Below the pieces are notes generated by a model that saw only the letters and a program-made list of their open reading frames with translations, was not told the origin of the DNA and did not search any database. From Hyperthermus butylicus DSM 5456 (lineage in GTDB: Archaea > Thermoproteota > Thermoprotei_A > Sulfolobales > Pyrodictiaceae), in contig NC_008818.1 of NCBI RefSeq assembly GCF_000015145.1, positions 1,140,001-1,172,000 on the forward strand: a stretch of 32,000 bases of DNA, read 5' to 3'. Below are positions 9,664 through 19,200 of this stretch, in pieces (positions within the stretch are counted from its first letter, which is position 1; each line of letters starts with the position of its first letter). Both the position numbers and the translations under genes were made by a program.

Positions 9664-10742
9664 AGCAGCTTAGCCACCCCAGCACCCGTCTTTGCGGATA
9701 CCGGTATCACAGCTTCCAGGGCGGGGTATAGGGTTGATGCCGCACCCTCTAGTAGCCTTGTGAGCCTCTCGATGTCCTCTTGGGGAACGAGATCTATCTT
9801 GTTAGCTGCTATGATTAGGGGTTTATCTATTACACCTATTCTCCTCAGCGTCTGAAGCCCCTCGTCAAGCTTCTCGGCAATAACTGTGTCCGGCTCTGAA
9901 ACATCCACAACATATAGTATCACATCGGCTGTAGCAGCTTCCTCTAGTGTTGAGTGAAACGCTTCTATTATCTCCGGTGGGATACGCATTATGAAGCCTA
10001 CAGTATCTATGAAGACTGTTCGCAGTCCATTGAAGCTTATTGCCCTCCTCTTAGGTGTTATTGTTGTAAAGTACTCGGGGCCGACGGGTTTCTGTAAGCC
10101 GGTTATGGCGTTGAAAAGCGAGGTCTTACCGGCACTCGCGTAGCCCACTATGGCTATGTGTGGTAGGCCTGCGCTCCTCCTCTTACTCCTCTCAATCTCG
10201 TGGCGACGACGTAGTTCTCGCAGTTCACGCTTGATTTTTGCTATGCGGGAAACCATGTAGCGGTAGTATGCATCAATAGCGTAGCCGCCAGGGCCTAGAA
10301 ATCCAGGGAGTTCTTTCAGCTTGGAGAGTCTGATTGCTTCACGGACCAGAGGCAGTTCATGCCTAAGCCTTGCAAGCTCTATTTGGAGCTTTGCTTCGCG
10401 GCTACCAGCGTGGAGCGAGAATATTTCGAGAATGAGCATTGTCCTATCTATTGTGTTTACACCGGTTGCCTTTACTATCCTAAAATACTCTCTTGGTTTG
10501 AGGTTGTCGTAGACTATTATCCTTGCATACTCGTTGCCCACGAGACTCTTGGCTTTCTCAGCCAACTCCTCAAGCTTTGCATCGCTTAGCAATTTGGAGC
10601 TGGAAACACGGCGGTAGTAGAGGACATCTACGACGCGGTAGCCTGCAGTTTCAGCTAGCACATAGGCTTCCCTAACCTCCCATCGTGCGAGACCACGGGG
10701 CAGCACTAGTATTGATGGTTTCCAAACAGCAACCTTAGCCAT
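9615..10742 (-). CDS. hflX: GTPase HflX
   Basis: HflX N-terminal domain ([25 protein letters not shown]), G1 [13 protein letters not shown]3 DTVGF, G4 NKID. Confidence 0.9.
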   Translation of the reverse strand: MAKVAVWKPSILVLPRGLARWEVREAYVLAETAGYRVVDVLYYRRVSSSKLLSDAKLEELAEKAKSLVGNEYARIIVYDNLKPREYFRIVKATGVNTIDRTMLILEIFSLHAGSREAKLQIELARLRHELPLVREAIRLSKLKELPGFLGPGGYAIDAYYRYMVSRIAKIKRELRELRRRHEIERSKRRSAGLPHIAIVGYASAGKTSLFNAITGLQKPVGPEYFTTITPKRRAISFNGLRTVFIDTVGFIMRIPPEIIEAFHSTLEEAATADVILYVVDVSEPDTVIAEKLDEGLQTLRRIGVIDKPLIIAANKIDLVPQEDIERLTRLLEGAASTLYPALEAVIPVSAKTGAGVAKLLCRIATLLAGTKGSTC

Positions 10743-10789
10743 GCCTCAATACCCACCCTGGCAAGCTAACCTCCACAACATCTTGGAGC

Positions 10790-11392
10790 CTAGTCCTCCC
10801 TTATTTCGGCTATATCGCCTAACGTTAGGTAGAACTCGTCCCTCCTAGAGCGGGGGCTTGCCTCCAGCTCTTCCTCGACCACTGGTTCCAACAGTTTTAC
10901 GCCGAGAACCCTCTCTAGCCTCCTAGCAAGATCTATTGGCGGTACTAGTGTGCCAGCTTCAATCCTCTTGATAACGTTCTCGCCGACCCTCACCTTCTGG
11001 GCTAGCTCGCGCTGGGTTAGGCCGAGGCGCTGCCTAGCCCTCCTAATTCTCTCAGCATAGTCCTCAACCACTTCGTAGCGTTCAACAACACCTAGGCTTG
11101 TCTCTCTCTTCCTGAGAGCCGCTGGCCTCCTCGCTTGTTGCCTCCGCAGAGCCGGCACTGCTGATGCCGCCGGCTCTCTAGGGGCTGGCTGTGTTGTTCG
11201 TCGGGTTGTAGTGAGGCGATAGCGTAGAGGCTCATCTGTCCCCGTACGCATTGAGCGCTCCATGTAGCGGCTGTAGCAACGTTCACATACCATCATTTCA
11301 GTGCCTTCAACGACTATACGGTAAGCCCTACCCGTTATCGGGGCGCCGCACATCTCACAGTAGAGTGGTGTAGTCCTCCTCTGTGCTGTCAA
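10790..11392 (-). CDS. mbf1: archaeal multiprotein bridging factor 1 (zinc ribbon plus XRE-type HTH)
   Basis: N-terminal CEMCG...CERC zinc ribbon and C-terminal HTH RQRLGLTQRELAQKVRVGENVIKRIEAG. TTG start in the track. Confidence 0.8.
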   Translation of the reverse strand: MTAQRRTTPLYCEMCGAPITGRAYRIVVEGTEMMVCERCYSRYMERSMRTGTDEPLRYRLTTTRRTTQPAPREPAASAVPALRRQQARRPAALRKRETSLGVVERYEVVEDYAERIRRARQRLGLTQRELAQKVRVGENVIKRIEAGTLVPPIDLARRLERVLGVKLLEPVVEEELEASPRSRRDEFYLTLGDIAEIRED

Positions 11393-11454
11393 GGGGCTAG
11401 TATCACCAGTGTAGTTACGAGCCGCAAACCATTATTTAGGCTTCATCCTATCTC

Positions 11455-11462
11455 TAATATAG
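11455..11462 (+). promoter_or_regulatory. TATA box (TAATATAG) for pan, leaderless geometry
   Basis: Centre about 25 nt upstream of ATG 11483 with no SD in between. Confidence 0.4.
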
Positions 11463-11482
11463 GTGCATGGTGGCGCTAGAGT

Positions 11483-12700
11483 ATGCAGTACAGCGACGCC
11501 AATGACCATGAGGCTTACCTCCGGAAGTATATTCAACAGCTTGAGCGCAGGGTTCGCGAGTTAGAAGCTGAACGCTCAGAGCTGCGCCGTGAGCTACGCC
11601 GCTACCGCATAGAGGTTGACAAGCTGCTAAGCCCACCGCTCATCGAGGCTGTTGTACTCAGTGTGCTCCCCGATGGCAGGGTCGTGGTGAAGAGTAGTAC
11701 TGGACCAAACCTAGTGGTAAACGTCTCATCAAATGTTGACGTGTCAAAACTAGTGCCTGGAGCCTATGTAGCGTTAAACCAGCGTGGATCTACAATAGTT
11801 GAGGTTCTACCGGAGCGCGAGGACCCCTACGTAAAGGCTATGGAGGTTGTTGACAGACCCAAGGTCACGTTCGACGATATTGGTGGGCTAGAGGAGCAAA
11901 AGAGGGAGCTATACGAGGCTATAATTCTACCGCTAAAGAAGCCTGAGCTATTCCGTGAACTAGGCATAGAGCCTCCAAAGGGCGTACTGCTCTACGGGCC
12001 TCCCGGATGTGGCAAAACACTACTCGCTAAGGCTGTTGCAAGCATGACCAATGCAACCTTCATACGTGTTGTAGCATCAGAGTTTGTCCACAAGTACGTC
12101 GGTGAGGGCGCAAGGATTGTAAGGGAGGTCTTCAAGCTTGCGAGGCGCAAGGCGCCATCAATAATATTCATAGACGAAATAGACGCCATTGCAGCCAAGA
12201 GGATTGATCTAGGGACGAGTGGTGAGAGGGAGATACAGAGAACGCTAATGCAACTCCTAGCAGAGCTAGACGGTTTCGACCCCCTAGGCGACGTAAAGGT
12301 CATCGCAGCCACCAACCGTATCGACATACTTGACCCGGCACTGCTAAGGCCGGGCAGGTTTGACAGGTTAATCTACGTGCCGCCACCTGATGAGAAGGGG
12401 CGGCTCGAGATATTCAGAATACATACCCGCCGCATGAAGCTCGGCGAGGACGTAGACCTTGCCTACCTCGCAAAGATCACTGAAGGTGCTACCGGCGCCG
12501 ATATAAGGGCTATAGTGATGGAGGCTGGCTACAACGCTCTACGTGCCGGCAGGAGGGTAGTAATGATGGAAGACTTCCTAGCAGCTGTTGAGAAGGTTAT
12601 GAAGAAGCGCCGCAGACCGTACGCCACGATGCCAGAATATCTTGACGAGGCTCCAACGCGTGCCACAACGTCTAGCGAGGCTGCTGTGATGCATATCTAG
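11483..12700 (+). CDS. pan: proteasome-activating nucleotidase (AAA+ ATPase)
   Basis: N-terminal coiled coil ([29 protein letters not shown]), OB region, Walker A GPPGCGKT, Walker B IIFIDEID, second region of homology. The C-terminus is ...SSEAAVMHI. Confidence 0.9.
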   Translation: MQYSDANDHEAYLRKYIQQLERRVRELEAERSELRRELRRYRIEVDKLLSPPLIEAVVLSVLPDGRVVVKSSTGPNLVVNVSSNVDVSKLVPGAYVALNQRGSTIVEVLPEREDPYVKAMEVVDRPKVTFDDIGGLEEQKRELYEAIILPLKKPELFRELGIEPPKGVLLYGPPGCGKTLLAKAVASMTNATFIRVVASEFVHKYVGEGARIVREVFKLARRKAPSIIFIDEIDAIAAKRIDLGTSGEREIQRTLMQLLAELDGFDPLGDVKVIAATNRIDILDPALLRPGRFDRLIYVPPPDEKGRLEIFRIHTRRMKLGEDVDLAYLAKITEGATGADIRAIVMEAGYNALRAGRRVVMMEDFLAAVEKVMKKRRRPYATMPEYLDEAPTRATTSSEAAVMHI

Positions 12701-13388
12701 CAGTTTCCTCCTCCTCACGGATTTTAGATAGGTAGACTCTACGGTAGCGCCTCCAAACCTCGCCCATACGTGCAATCATACGGTTCCACTCCTTATCACT
12801 AACCTCCCGGTAGAACATCTCCACACGGCCATCAGGTAGGCTCCGATAGCCTGTTTTGAGGTATAGCTTGCCGTTCCTCGTAGCGAATACTGTGCAATAG
12901 GTTAGGAGACACACTATTGGCTTCAAATGCTTACCATACCTCTCAATTATACACTCTCCCCTCTCGACATCGAAGAATATGCAGCGGCCCATTGCCTCCG
13001 TGTCAAGTCTATATATTCTCACGGGGCCTCCAGGCGTGCGAATAATCTCGCTCGGCTGCCTCAACACTCTCTCACGAAGCTCGGGTGGTAGCTGCCTAAC
13101 CTCATTCTCTATCATGAAGGCGCCACTACGGAATACGCAGCACCGGTTGCATCCTCTCGGACACTCCATCCGATATGTGTCGCGTAGAACGCTCTCACCC
13201 ATTTCCTCGAAGACTAGGAGGTTTACATGGGTCCCAGGTGTAGGCCGGAATACTGCTAGTAGTCTCTTGAGCTTTGAACTGTAGTAGATGCCGTCAAACC
13301 ACTTCTTCAGCCTGGCAGCCTCCCGGAGCATGTAGATGTTCCAGGCTCTATCCTTTCTGGGCTCCTTTAACACATATATCTTCGCCAT
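12672..13388 (-). CDS. YkgJ/UPF0153-like Cys-cluster (zinc or Fe-S) protein
   Basis: CPRGCNRCC (C-x3-C-x2-CC), then [27 protein letters not shown], matching the pattern of the putative zinc/iron-chelating domain family. Confidence 0.55.
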   Translation of the reverse strand: MAKIYVLKEPRKDRAWNIYMLREAARLKKWFDGIYYSSKLKRLLAVFRPTPGTHVNLLVFEEMGESVLRDTYRMECPRGCNRCCVFRSGAFMIENEVRQLPPELRERVLRQPSEIIRTPGGPVRIYRLDTEAMGRCIFFDVERGECIIERYGKHLKPIVCLLTYCTVFATRNGKLYLKTGYRSLPDGRVEMFYREVSDKEWNRMIARMGEVWRRYRRVYLSKIREEEETARYASQQPR

Positions 13389-13391
13389 GGA

Positions 13392-13820
13392 CTATTCTCC
13401 CCTACTAGCTCCACGCACAACGATACTACACAGCTCCTCTACCAGCTGCCTTGGGAGCCTCGCTACAAGCCTCCTAATATTGCTTCGTCGAGCCCAGTCA
13501 CCATGACTTCTCAGTCCACCACTAAACGTTCTCGGTATGTGGAGAAGTTCATGCACCAAAACTCCAACTATATCCTCGCAACTCCTAAGCCTAAGAATGT
13601 TCTCTGAAACTATCTCGATGACATACATGGGCTCACATAAGCCAAGCTTGACAAACGGTGATGGTAGCCCCCAGATGCGTGCGTGAGCCAGGGATCTCGA
13701 GCCACGGCTAAACACTATGTAGACTCGCTCTGGGTCTATGTAGTCTAGGCCTAGAGCTTCTATGAGCCGCCTCACAAGCTGCTCGAGCCTGCGGTCACGA
13801 TGGAATTGGAGTTGTGGCAA
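13392..13820 (-). CDS. small HExxH metal-dependent hydrolase / metallopeptidase-like protein
   Basis: 142 aa with VLVHELLHIPRTFSGGLRSHGDW (HExxH plus a downstream His). TTG start. The stop is 3 nt before the next gene's start. Confidence 0.5.
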   Translation of the reverse strand: MPQLQFHRDRRLEQLVRRLIEALGLDYIDPERVYIVFSRGSRSLAHARIWGLPSPFVKLGLCEPMYVIEIVSENILRLRSCEDIVGVLVHELLHIPRTFSGGLRSHGDWARRSNIRRLVARLPRQLVEELCSIVVRGASRGE

Positions 13821-13893
13821 CCGTCGACCCGCCCCGAGGGGCCGAAGCTGCTAAAAATAACCTCTTGAAAGGCTTTTGATGGAGATGTAGAGG

Positions 13894-15051
13894 CTAGCGT
13901 CTCCTCCTCCTACGACCTGCCTCCTCTTCCTCTGTGACCTCGTACGCTCTCACACCGACGCCTAGCAGCTTTCTGAACACAGCGTCTATGAATTTTACGT
14001 GGAAGCCGCGCTGACCGACAAATGCGCCAAACTCATCGCTCCTAACCTTTACTGCTAGGTATGGACCCTGGAAGTCTACATCCACTATGTGCTTGTATAT
14101 CCAGCTTACTGGATGGACAGCCCTTATGATGTTGGTGAAGTCTAGTGTTAGCTCTACAGCCCTCAGCCTTAGCTCTGTGTCCTGCTCTATCTTCTGTATC
14201 CGCTCGCCTCCGCGGCCCACTAGCCTGCCCAGATAACCCTCCTTGACTATTACGAGGGCGTCGGGTACGTGCTCTGCTGTTATCTCAAACTGCTTCTTGG
14301 CATCAATGAACTCTACAACCGTTATAACATCGGAGTCAGGAGCGTAGATTCTAGCAGCTTCAATAACCTTCTTTTCAACCTCGTTTAGTGGGCGGTTCCT
14401 CATCCTCATCTCTATGAGGAGTCTTATACCCCTCCTAGCGCCGGGTCTAACAATGTCCTTCAAGCCTAGATCTACGACCTTAGCGTTTTCCTCGCCGAGC
14501 AGAACCTCCCTCATCACAGTGGCACCATCTCTCTCAACACCATGAGGTTTCTGGAACACTGGATCGCCAGCAATGATGAACTTGCTGTTGCGACCAATCC
14601 TCATTAGTATCTCTACGCTGCTTTCTGGCGGTATGTTCTGGGAGTCGTCGAGGAAGATTATCGAGTCGTCAAATGTCCTGCCGCGTAGGTAGTGGGTATC
14701 AGCAAAAATTATCTTACCATCTCTTATTAGTTTCTCGACCTCGCCCCACTCTATGAAGCCTGCCAGTATGTCGCGTAGGTACGCCGATGCTATCTCATAG
14801 TACTGTGGCCCTAGCTCCTGCGCTGTTAGCTCCTTACCCGTCACTACATCAACGACCGGCCTTGATATGATTAGCCTTCGGTACTTACCCTCAAGGACAG
14901 CATCGATCCCATATAGTACGCTGAAGAGGCTCTTACCGCTACCGGTCGGGCCAAAGAGCCCCACTATTTCGTACTCATCACTGGTTAGGGCCTTGAGCAT
15001 CTCCTCCTGGCCAGGGCTCATAGGCTTTAGCTTTTCAAGCAGCGCACCCAT
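13894..15051 (-). CDS. PhoH-like ATPase fused to a C-terminal KH RNA-binding domain
   Basis: Walker A GPTGSGKS, Walker B-like IIFLDDSQN, GDPVFQ, then a KH GxxG motif (LVGRGGERIQKIEQDT). Confidence 0.8.
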   Translation of the reverse strand: MGALLEKLKPMSPGQEEMLKALTSDEYEIVGLFGPTGSGKSLFSVLYGIDAVLEGKYRRLIISRPVVDVVTGKELTAQELGPQYYEIASAYLRDILAGFIEWGEVEKLIRDGKIIFADTHYLRGRTFDDSIIFLDDSQNIPPESSVEILMRIGRNSKFIIAGDPVFQKPHGVERDGATVMREVLLGEENAKVVDLGLKDIVRPGARRGIRLLIEMRMRNRPLNEVEKKVIEAARIYAPDSDVITVVEFIDAKKQFEITAEHVPDALVIVKEGYLGRLVGRGGERIQKIEQDTELRLRAVELTLDFTNIIRAVHPVSWIYKHIVDVDFQGPYLAVKVRSDEFGAFVGQRGFHVKFIDAVFRKLLGVGVRAYEVTEEEEAGRRRRRR

Positions 15052-15146
15052 ATCCGTTACACCCCGATAGCTCCTATCCTATAACCTCCAAGATACACTG
15101 GGGGCCACGCTACTGGAAGCTTATCAAGCTTAAGGATATCGGGTAT

Positions 15147-15824
15147 ATGGGTCCCAACCCAGCCTCCACCGGTGCCTGGGGACGCATCGTGGATCCAGTC
15201 TGGGAGAGGGAGAAGCTTGAGGCCTGGAGGAGGCTATGGGAGGACCTCGAAATAGGCTACCTTGACACCGACATACTCGACGTGCTTGTAGAGTTCTTTC
15301 TCAGGCCCGGCTCGTACAGCAAGAGTAGCTGCTCGGGAAGAATAACCGTTATCGACGCAAAATACCCGTGGGCTAAAGAGGAGACCATGACGGTGTTTAA
15401 GAAACATGAACCAGTAACTGTGGAAGAGATTAGGGCTGTTCTCGGGAGACCGTGGAGTACTAGGCTCTGGTTAAGCGTGCAAGGCCCCATATACCATGTC
15501 TACACCTACAGTCTTGAGGAGGCACGTATACTCCTCGAGGCTGCACGTGAGGCAGGCTTTAAGCATAGCGGGATACTTGTACCCTCTGAGCATCCATTAG
15601 TAGAGCTTAGAACGGGAATTCGGGCTGATATACTGCTAGCAGACGGTGACACGGTCATCGTTGGGGAAGATGAGAAACTACAACACGCTGTAAACGTTGC
15701 CAATGAGGTGCTCCTGCAAGCCAAGAAGAGGAATGAGAGGTTACTACAAGCGTTAAGGTATAGAAGGCCAGCCAGGCTCTGGGAGCCCGCAGTAGAGGAG
15801 GCTAGGAGGAGAGGGTGGCTCTAG
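15147..15824 (+). CDS. taw3: tRNA wyosine-derivative methyltransferase Taw3 (TYW3 family)
   Basis: Hallmark SSCSGRI motif in an approximately 200-aa archaeal protein (YSKSSCSGRITVID). The true start is possibly GTG 15189. Confidence 0.75.
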   Translation: MGPNPASTGAWGRIVDPVWEREKLEAWRRLWEDLEIGYLDTDILDVLVEFFLRPGSYSKSSCSGRITVIDAKYPWAKEETMTVFKKHEPVTVEEIRAVLGRPWSTRLWLSVQGPIYHVYTYSLEEARILLEAAREAGFKHSGILVPSEHPLVELRTGIRADILLADGDTVIVGEDEKLQHAVNVANEVLLQAKKRNERLLQALRYRRPARLWEPAVEEARRRGWL

Positions 15825-15852
15825 TACTACAAAACCTATAATCCAGCACTAC

Positions 15853-16359
15853 ATGGCCTTCCAACTCGGCCAGTGTAGCAGCGGGGCTGGATTATCCTTG
15901 AGTAGTGAGGTTGAGATAGCTCCCGAGGAGCTAAAGATATCGGATGTCATGACCCCCAACGTTATAACTTGTAAGCCTGATGACACTGTTGTGGATGCGG
16001 CAAGAAAAATGGCCAAGTACAGTATTGGTAGCGTAGTCGTCGTCGATGATAAGGGCACGATTCTGGGCATACTAACTGAGGGCGACATCGTTAGGAGAGT
16101 TGTAGCTAGGGGTCTCGACCCATCCAGGACTCTCGTTAGGGACGTTATGACGACCAATCCCGTCACGATATACAGCGATGCAACGCTAGCAGCTGCAGCA
16201 GAGTATATGAAGAGAAAGGGTATTGGTCACCTACCAGTAGTTAATGAGCAAGGTAGACTCGTGGGTATAATAACGAAGACTGACATAGTGAGGCTAGCAC
16301 CAAGCCTCATTGAAGTCCTATACCTCCGCCACAGAGAGAGCATGGAAGAAACAATCTGA
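15853..16359 (+). CDS. CBS-domain pair protein (2 CBS motifs)
   Basis: ISDVMTPNVITCKPDDTV...LGILTEGDIVRRV and VRDVMTTNPVTIYSDATL...VGIITKTDIVRL. The start is uncertain (ATG 15853 or TTG 15898). Confidence 0.85.
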   Translation: MAFQLGQCSSGAGLSLSSEVEIAPEELKISDVMTPNVITCKPDDTVVDAARKMAKYSIGSVVVVDDKGTILGILTEGDIVRRVVARGLDPSRTLVRDVMTTNPVTIYSDATLAAAAEYMKRKGIGHLPVVNEQGRLVGIITKTDIVRLAPSLIEVLYLRHRESMEETI

Positions 16360-16494
16360 ACATAGCGACACAGCCTATTTTACACCCATTCAGAAATCTA
16401 ATATAGTTATACGGTGTGAAACCTGGCCCTCCTAGTATCGGATGTATTCTCTGCAAGGACTTCCTATGCGCTTCCCGATACGAGTATTGGGGAG

Positions 16495-17217
16495 TTGCGC
16501 CGTATTATCCGCGAGTACTACGTAAGAGTTATACCAGTAGTAGCTGATGAGAAGACGTTAAAACTCATAGGTGTTGTACGTAGAGGTAATCTCCTCTACA
16601 TATCATCGACACGTACTGAGTTCACTGCAAGAGACATTATGGACGAGCCAAAGATAGTAGCCAGGCCCTCAGATGACGCTAGGGAATTAGCAGATAGGCT
16701 CATTGAAACCGATGAGTGGTATGCGCCCGTAGTGGATGATGCCGGTAAACTACTAGGACTCGTTGGTCTCGAGAATATTATCGGTTATGTTGTAAATCAC
16801 GAGCCTGAGAAGCTTATGAAGCCCGTGGAGGAGTTCATGGAGAGGAACGTGGTCTATGTAGAACCAACTACGCCTGTGTACAAGGTGTGGCAGGTAATGA
16901 TGTCTAAGAGGTTTGCAGCATTACCCGTAGTCTCGGAGGGCAAGCTGATAGGCGTAATTGCAGAGCATGATCTCATAGTTCGCGGATTCGCACGACCCGA
17001 CTTCGAGTCTCCTAGCGGTATCCGGCGGGGCCCACTAGTCCGCGAGCTGATGTCTACTCCGCCAGTAACAGTGCTGCCTACCGTTCCGCTGCTGAGCGCT
17101 GCGCGGCTAATAGTTGAGAGGTATATTGGCAGAGTCTATGTCGTGGACGATGATGAGAGTCTACTTGGCGTAGTTGATAGAAGCGATATTGTACGCGCCT
17201 GGCTCACAGCAAGGTAG
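16495..17217 (+). CDS. CBS-domain protein (4 CBS motifs; coding sequence probably begins upstream near 16423-16435)
   Basis: Motif ends IGVVRRGNLL, LGLVGLENII, IGVIAEHDLI, LGVVDRSDIV. The first half of CBS motif 1 lies in frame upstream of the TTG called in the track (see finding). Confidence 0.8.
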   Translation: MRRIIREYYVRVIPVVADEKTLKLIGVVRRGNLLYISSTRTEFTARDIMDEPKIVARPSDDARELADRLIETDEWYAPVVDDAGKLLGLVGLENIIGYVVNHEPEKLMKPVEEFMERNVVYVEPTTPVYKVWQVMMSKRFAALPVVSEGKLIGVIAEHDLIVRGFARPDFESPSGIRRGPLVRELMSTPPVTVLPTVPLLSAARLIVERYIGRVYVVDDDESLLGVVDRSDIVRAWLTAR

Positions 17218-17255
17218 CTAAATATCTCGTTACGTATACCTTCTTTGGGTTAGGA

Positions 17256-18230
17256 GTGGCAGCTGAAGAGGGAGGCCCAGCTATGAGAAGGAGTACAGTA
17301 GTACCTCCCAGAAGAAGGCCCGAAGGTATTAGGTGGCTTAGAAGTGATGGGAAGCCGAACTTTAGCGATAGGATACACCGGCACGAGGGCGAGGCAAAGC
17401 TACTGGCAAAACGCCCCGTCTACACTACAACGCGCACCTCTACTATCCTGCGGCTCTTAGAGGATATGACACGGTATAATGTGAGGGCTATGCCGGTTAT
17501 AGTGCCTAACAAGGAGACACTTGAGGGAATGGTTACCGTTATGGATGCTGTGAGCTATCTTGGCGGCGGCGAACTCTACGACATAGTGGTTAAGAGGCAT
17601 GGTAGGAACATATATGCAGCGCTACTAAAGGAGTACGTGTCATCAATAATGAACCCTAATCCAGTCTACGTCACCGTAGATGATAAGCTTACAAAGATAC
17701 TTGAGGTAATGGTTACGCGGAACGTTGGGGTACTCCCAGTCCTATACCACGACGGGACGATATGGGGCATCATAACAGAGCACGACATCGTAGGATACCT
17801 GGCAGAGAAGACTGTTGGTAGGAGGGTCTCAGAAGTAATGACGACTAATGTGATAACAATAAGCGTTGATGCAACCCTTAAAGAGGCCATGGAGACAATG
17901 ATTAAGTATGGTGTGCGTAGACTGCCAATAGTTGCAGACAACAGTGTCTGGGGCATGATAACGGCAAAGGACATAGTTAGGTTCTTTGGCAGCCACGAGG
18001 TATTCACCTTTGTTGAAACAGGAAATGTTGAAGAGGCCCTAGCTACGCCCGTTAAGATTGTAGGCGTAAATGACTACGTAACCATTAGCCCAGACGCAGA
18101 CGTGGGTGAAGCAGCGAAGCTAATGATTGATAAGGGTGTTAGCAGCCTATTAGTCGTCGAGGAGGGGAAGCTGACGGGAATAATAACTGAGAGAGACATA
18201 CTCTACGCGCTTGCAATAGCACCAAGTTAA
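17256..18230 (+). CDS. CBS-domain protein (4 CBS motifs) with basic N-terminal tail
   Basis: Motif ends EGMVTVMDAV, WGIITEHDIV, WGMITAKDIV, TGIITERDIL. The N-terminal roughly 50 aa are Arg/Pro-rich (RRSTVVPPRRRPEGIRW). Alternative start ATG 17283. Confidence 0.85.
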   Translation: MAAEEGGPAMRRSTVVPPRRRPEGIRWLRSDGKPNFSDRIHRHEGEAKLLAKRPVYTTTRTSTILRLLEDMTRYNVRAMPVIVPNKETLEGMVTVMDAVSYLGGGELYDIVVKRHGRNIYAALLKEYVSSIMNPNPVYVTVDDKLTKILEVMVTRNVGVLPVLYHDGTIWGIITEHDIVGYLAEKTVGRRVSEVMTTNVITISVDATLKEAMETMIKYGVRRLPIVADNSVWGMITAKDIVRFFGSHEVFTFVETGNVEEALATPVKIVGVNDYVTISPDADVGEAAKLMIDKGVSSLLVVEEGKLTGIITERDILYALAIAPS

Positions 18231-18303
18231 CCCAAGCTCGTATTTTCTCTCCGTATCCACATCCCGTACAAATCATACCCTCCAGCTAGATAGGCGATGT
18301 GTT

Positions 18304-19155
18304 ATGTCCGAGCCTTTCCGTGTATCGGACTACATGTCTACGCCAGTTGTTGTTGTAACACCCCACAGCGATCTAGCCCATGTACGTAGGCTTATGCTTC
18401 GCTACCGTATAGGTAGAGTTGTAGTTATTGATGAGGCCGAGAAGCCAGTTGGCATAGTCACAATGAGCGACTTTGTCAGGCTTGTCGCAGAAAGGTTTTC
18501 AAGCAAACCCCTCGTAAACATTGCTGTAGCAGATATCATGACTAGGGATCCCGTAACGATACGTGATAATCGTTCACTAAGAGAGGCAGCTAGACTAATG
18601 ATAAAACATGGTGTTAGCGGTCTACCGGTCGTAGACGAGGATGGCAAGCTTGTAGGCATAATAACTAAGAGCGATATCGTCCGGGCGTTTGCCGAGAAGC
18701 TCCGCGGCAAGTTTAAGGTGCGCGACTACATGGAGGCGGATTTTCCAGATGCCACACCATGGCATAGCATCTACTACGTAGCCGACCTCCTCTACAATAG
18801 CCCTGTAAAGCGTGTACTCGTAGTTGAGGGCGAAAGACTCCTCGGAATAATAGCACCGAGCGACATCGCATTTCTCAGCGAGCTGCCGATGCTGGCTAAG
18901 ACTAGGATTAAGCCTATACGCCGTTTTGCTGAGCTGCCGAAGGGGCGTATGGGCCCCGTGTATAGCTATGTGATGCTCACCGCGCAGGATGTTATGACTC
19001 CAAGCCCCGTAACCATAGGGCCCGACGAAGATCTAGCTCTTGCTGCACAGCTAATGTTGAGACACGGATTTAGCTCGGTACCAGTGGTAGAAGACGAGAC
19101 TCCCGTTGGGATAGTGGTCAAGCATAATATCCTCAAGGCGATAGCTGGAGTCTAG
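18304..19155 (+). CDS. CBS-domain protein (4 CBS motifs)
   Basis: Motif ends VGIVTMSDFV, VGIITKSDIV, LGIIAPSDIA, VGIVVKHNIL. 283 aa, the size of gamma-AMPK-like four-CBS proteins. Confidence 0.85.
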   Translation: MSEPFRVSDYMSTPVVVVTPHSDLAHVRRLMLRYRIGRVVVIDEAEKPVGIVTMSDFVRLVAERFSSKPLVNIAVADIMTRDPVTIRDNRSLREAARLMIKHGVSGLPVVDEDGKLVGIITKSDIVRAFAEKLRGKFKVRDYMEADFPDATPWHSIYYVADLLYNSPVKRVLVVEGERLLGIIAPSDIAFLSELPMLAKTRIKPIRRFAELPKGRMGPVYSYVMLTAQDVMTPSPVTIGPDEDLALAAQLMLRHGFSSVPVVEDETPVGIVVKHNILKAIAGV

Positions 19156-19200
19156 GCAGTCTAGACTACTAGGGAGCCCAGCAGCTGGGGTGATACAGAC

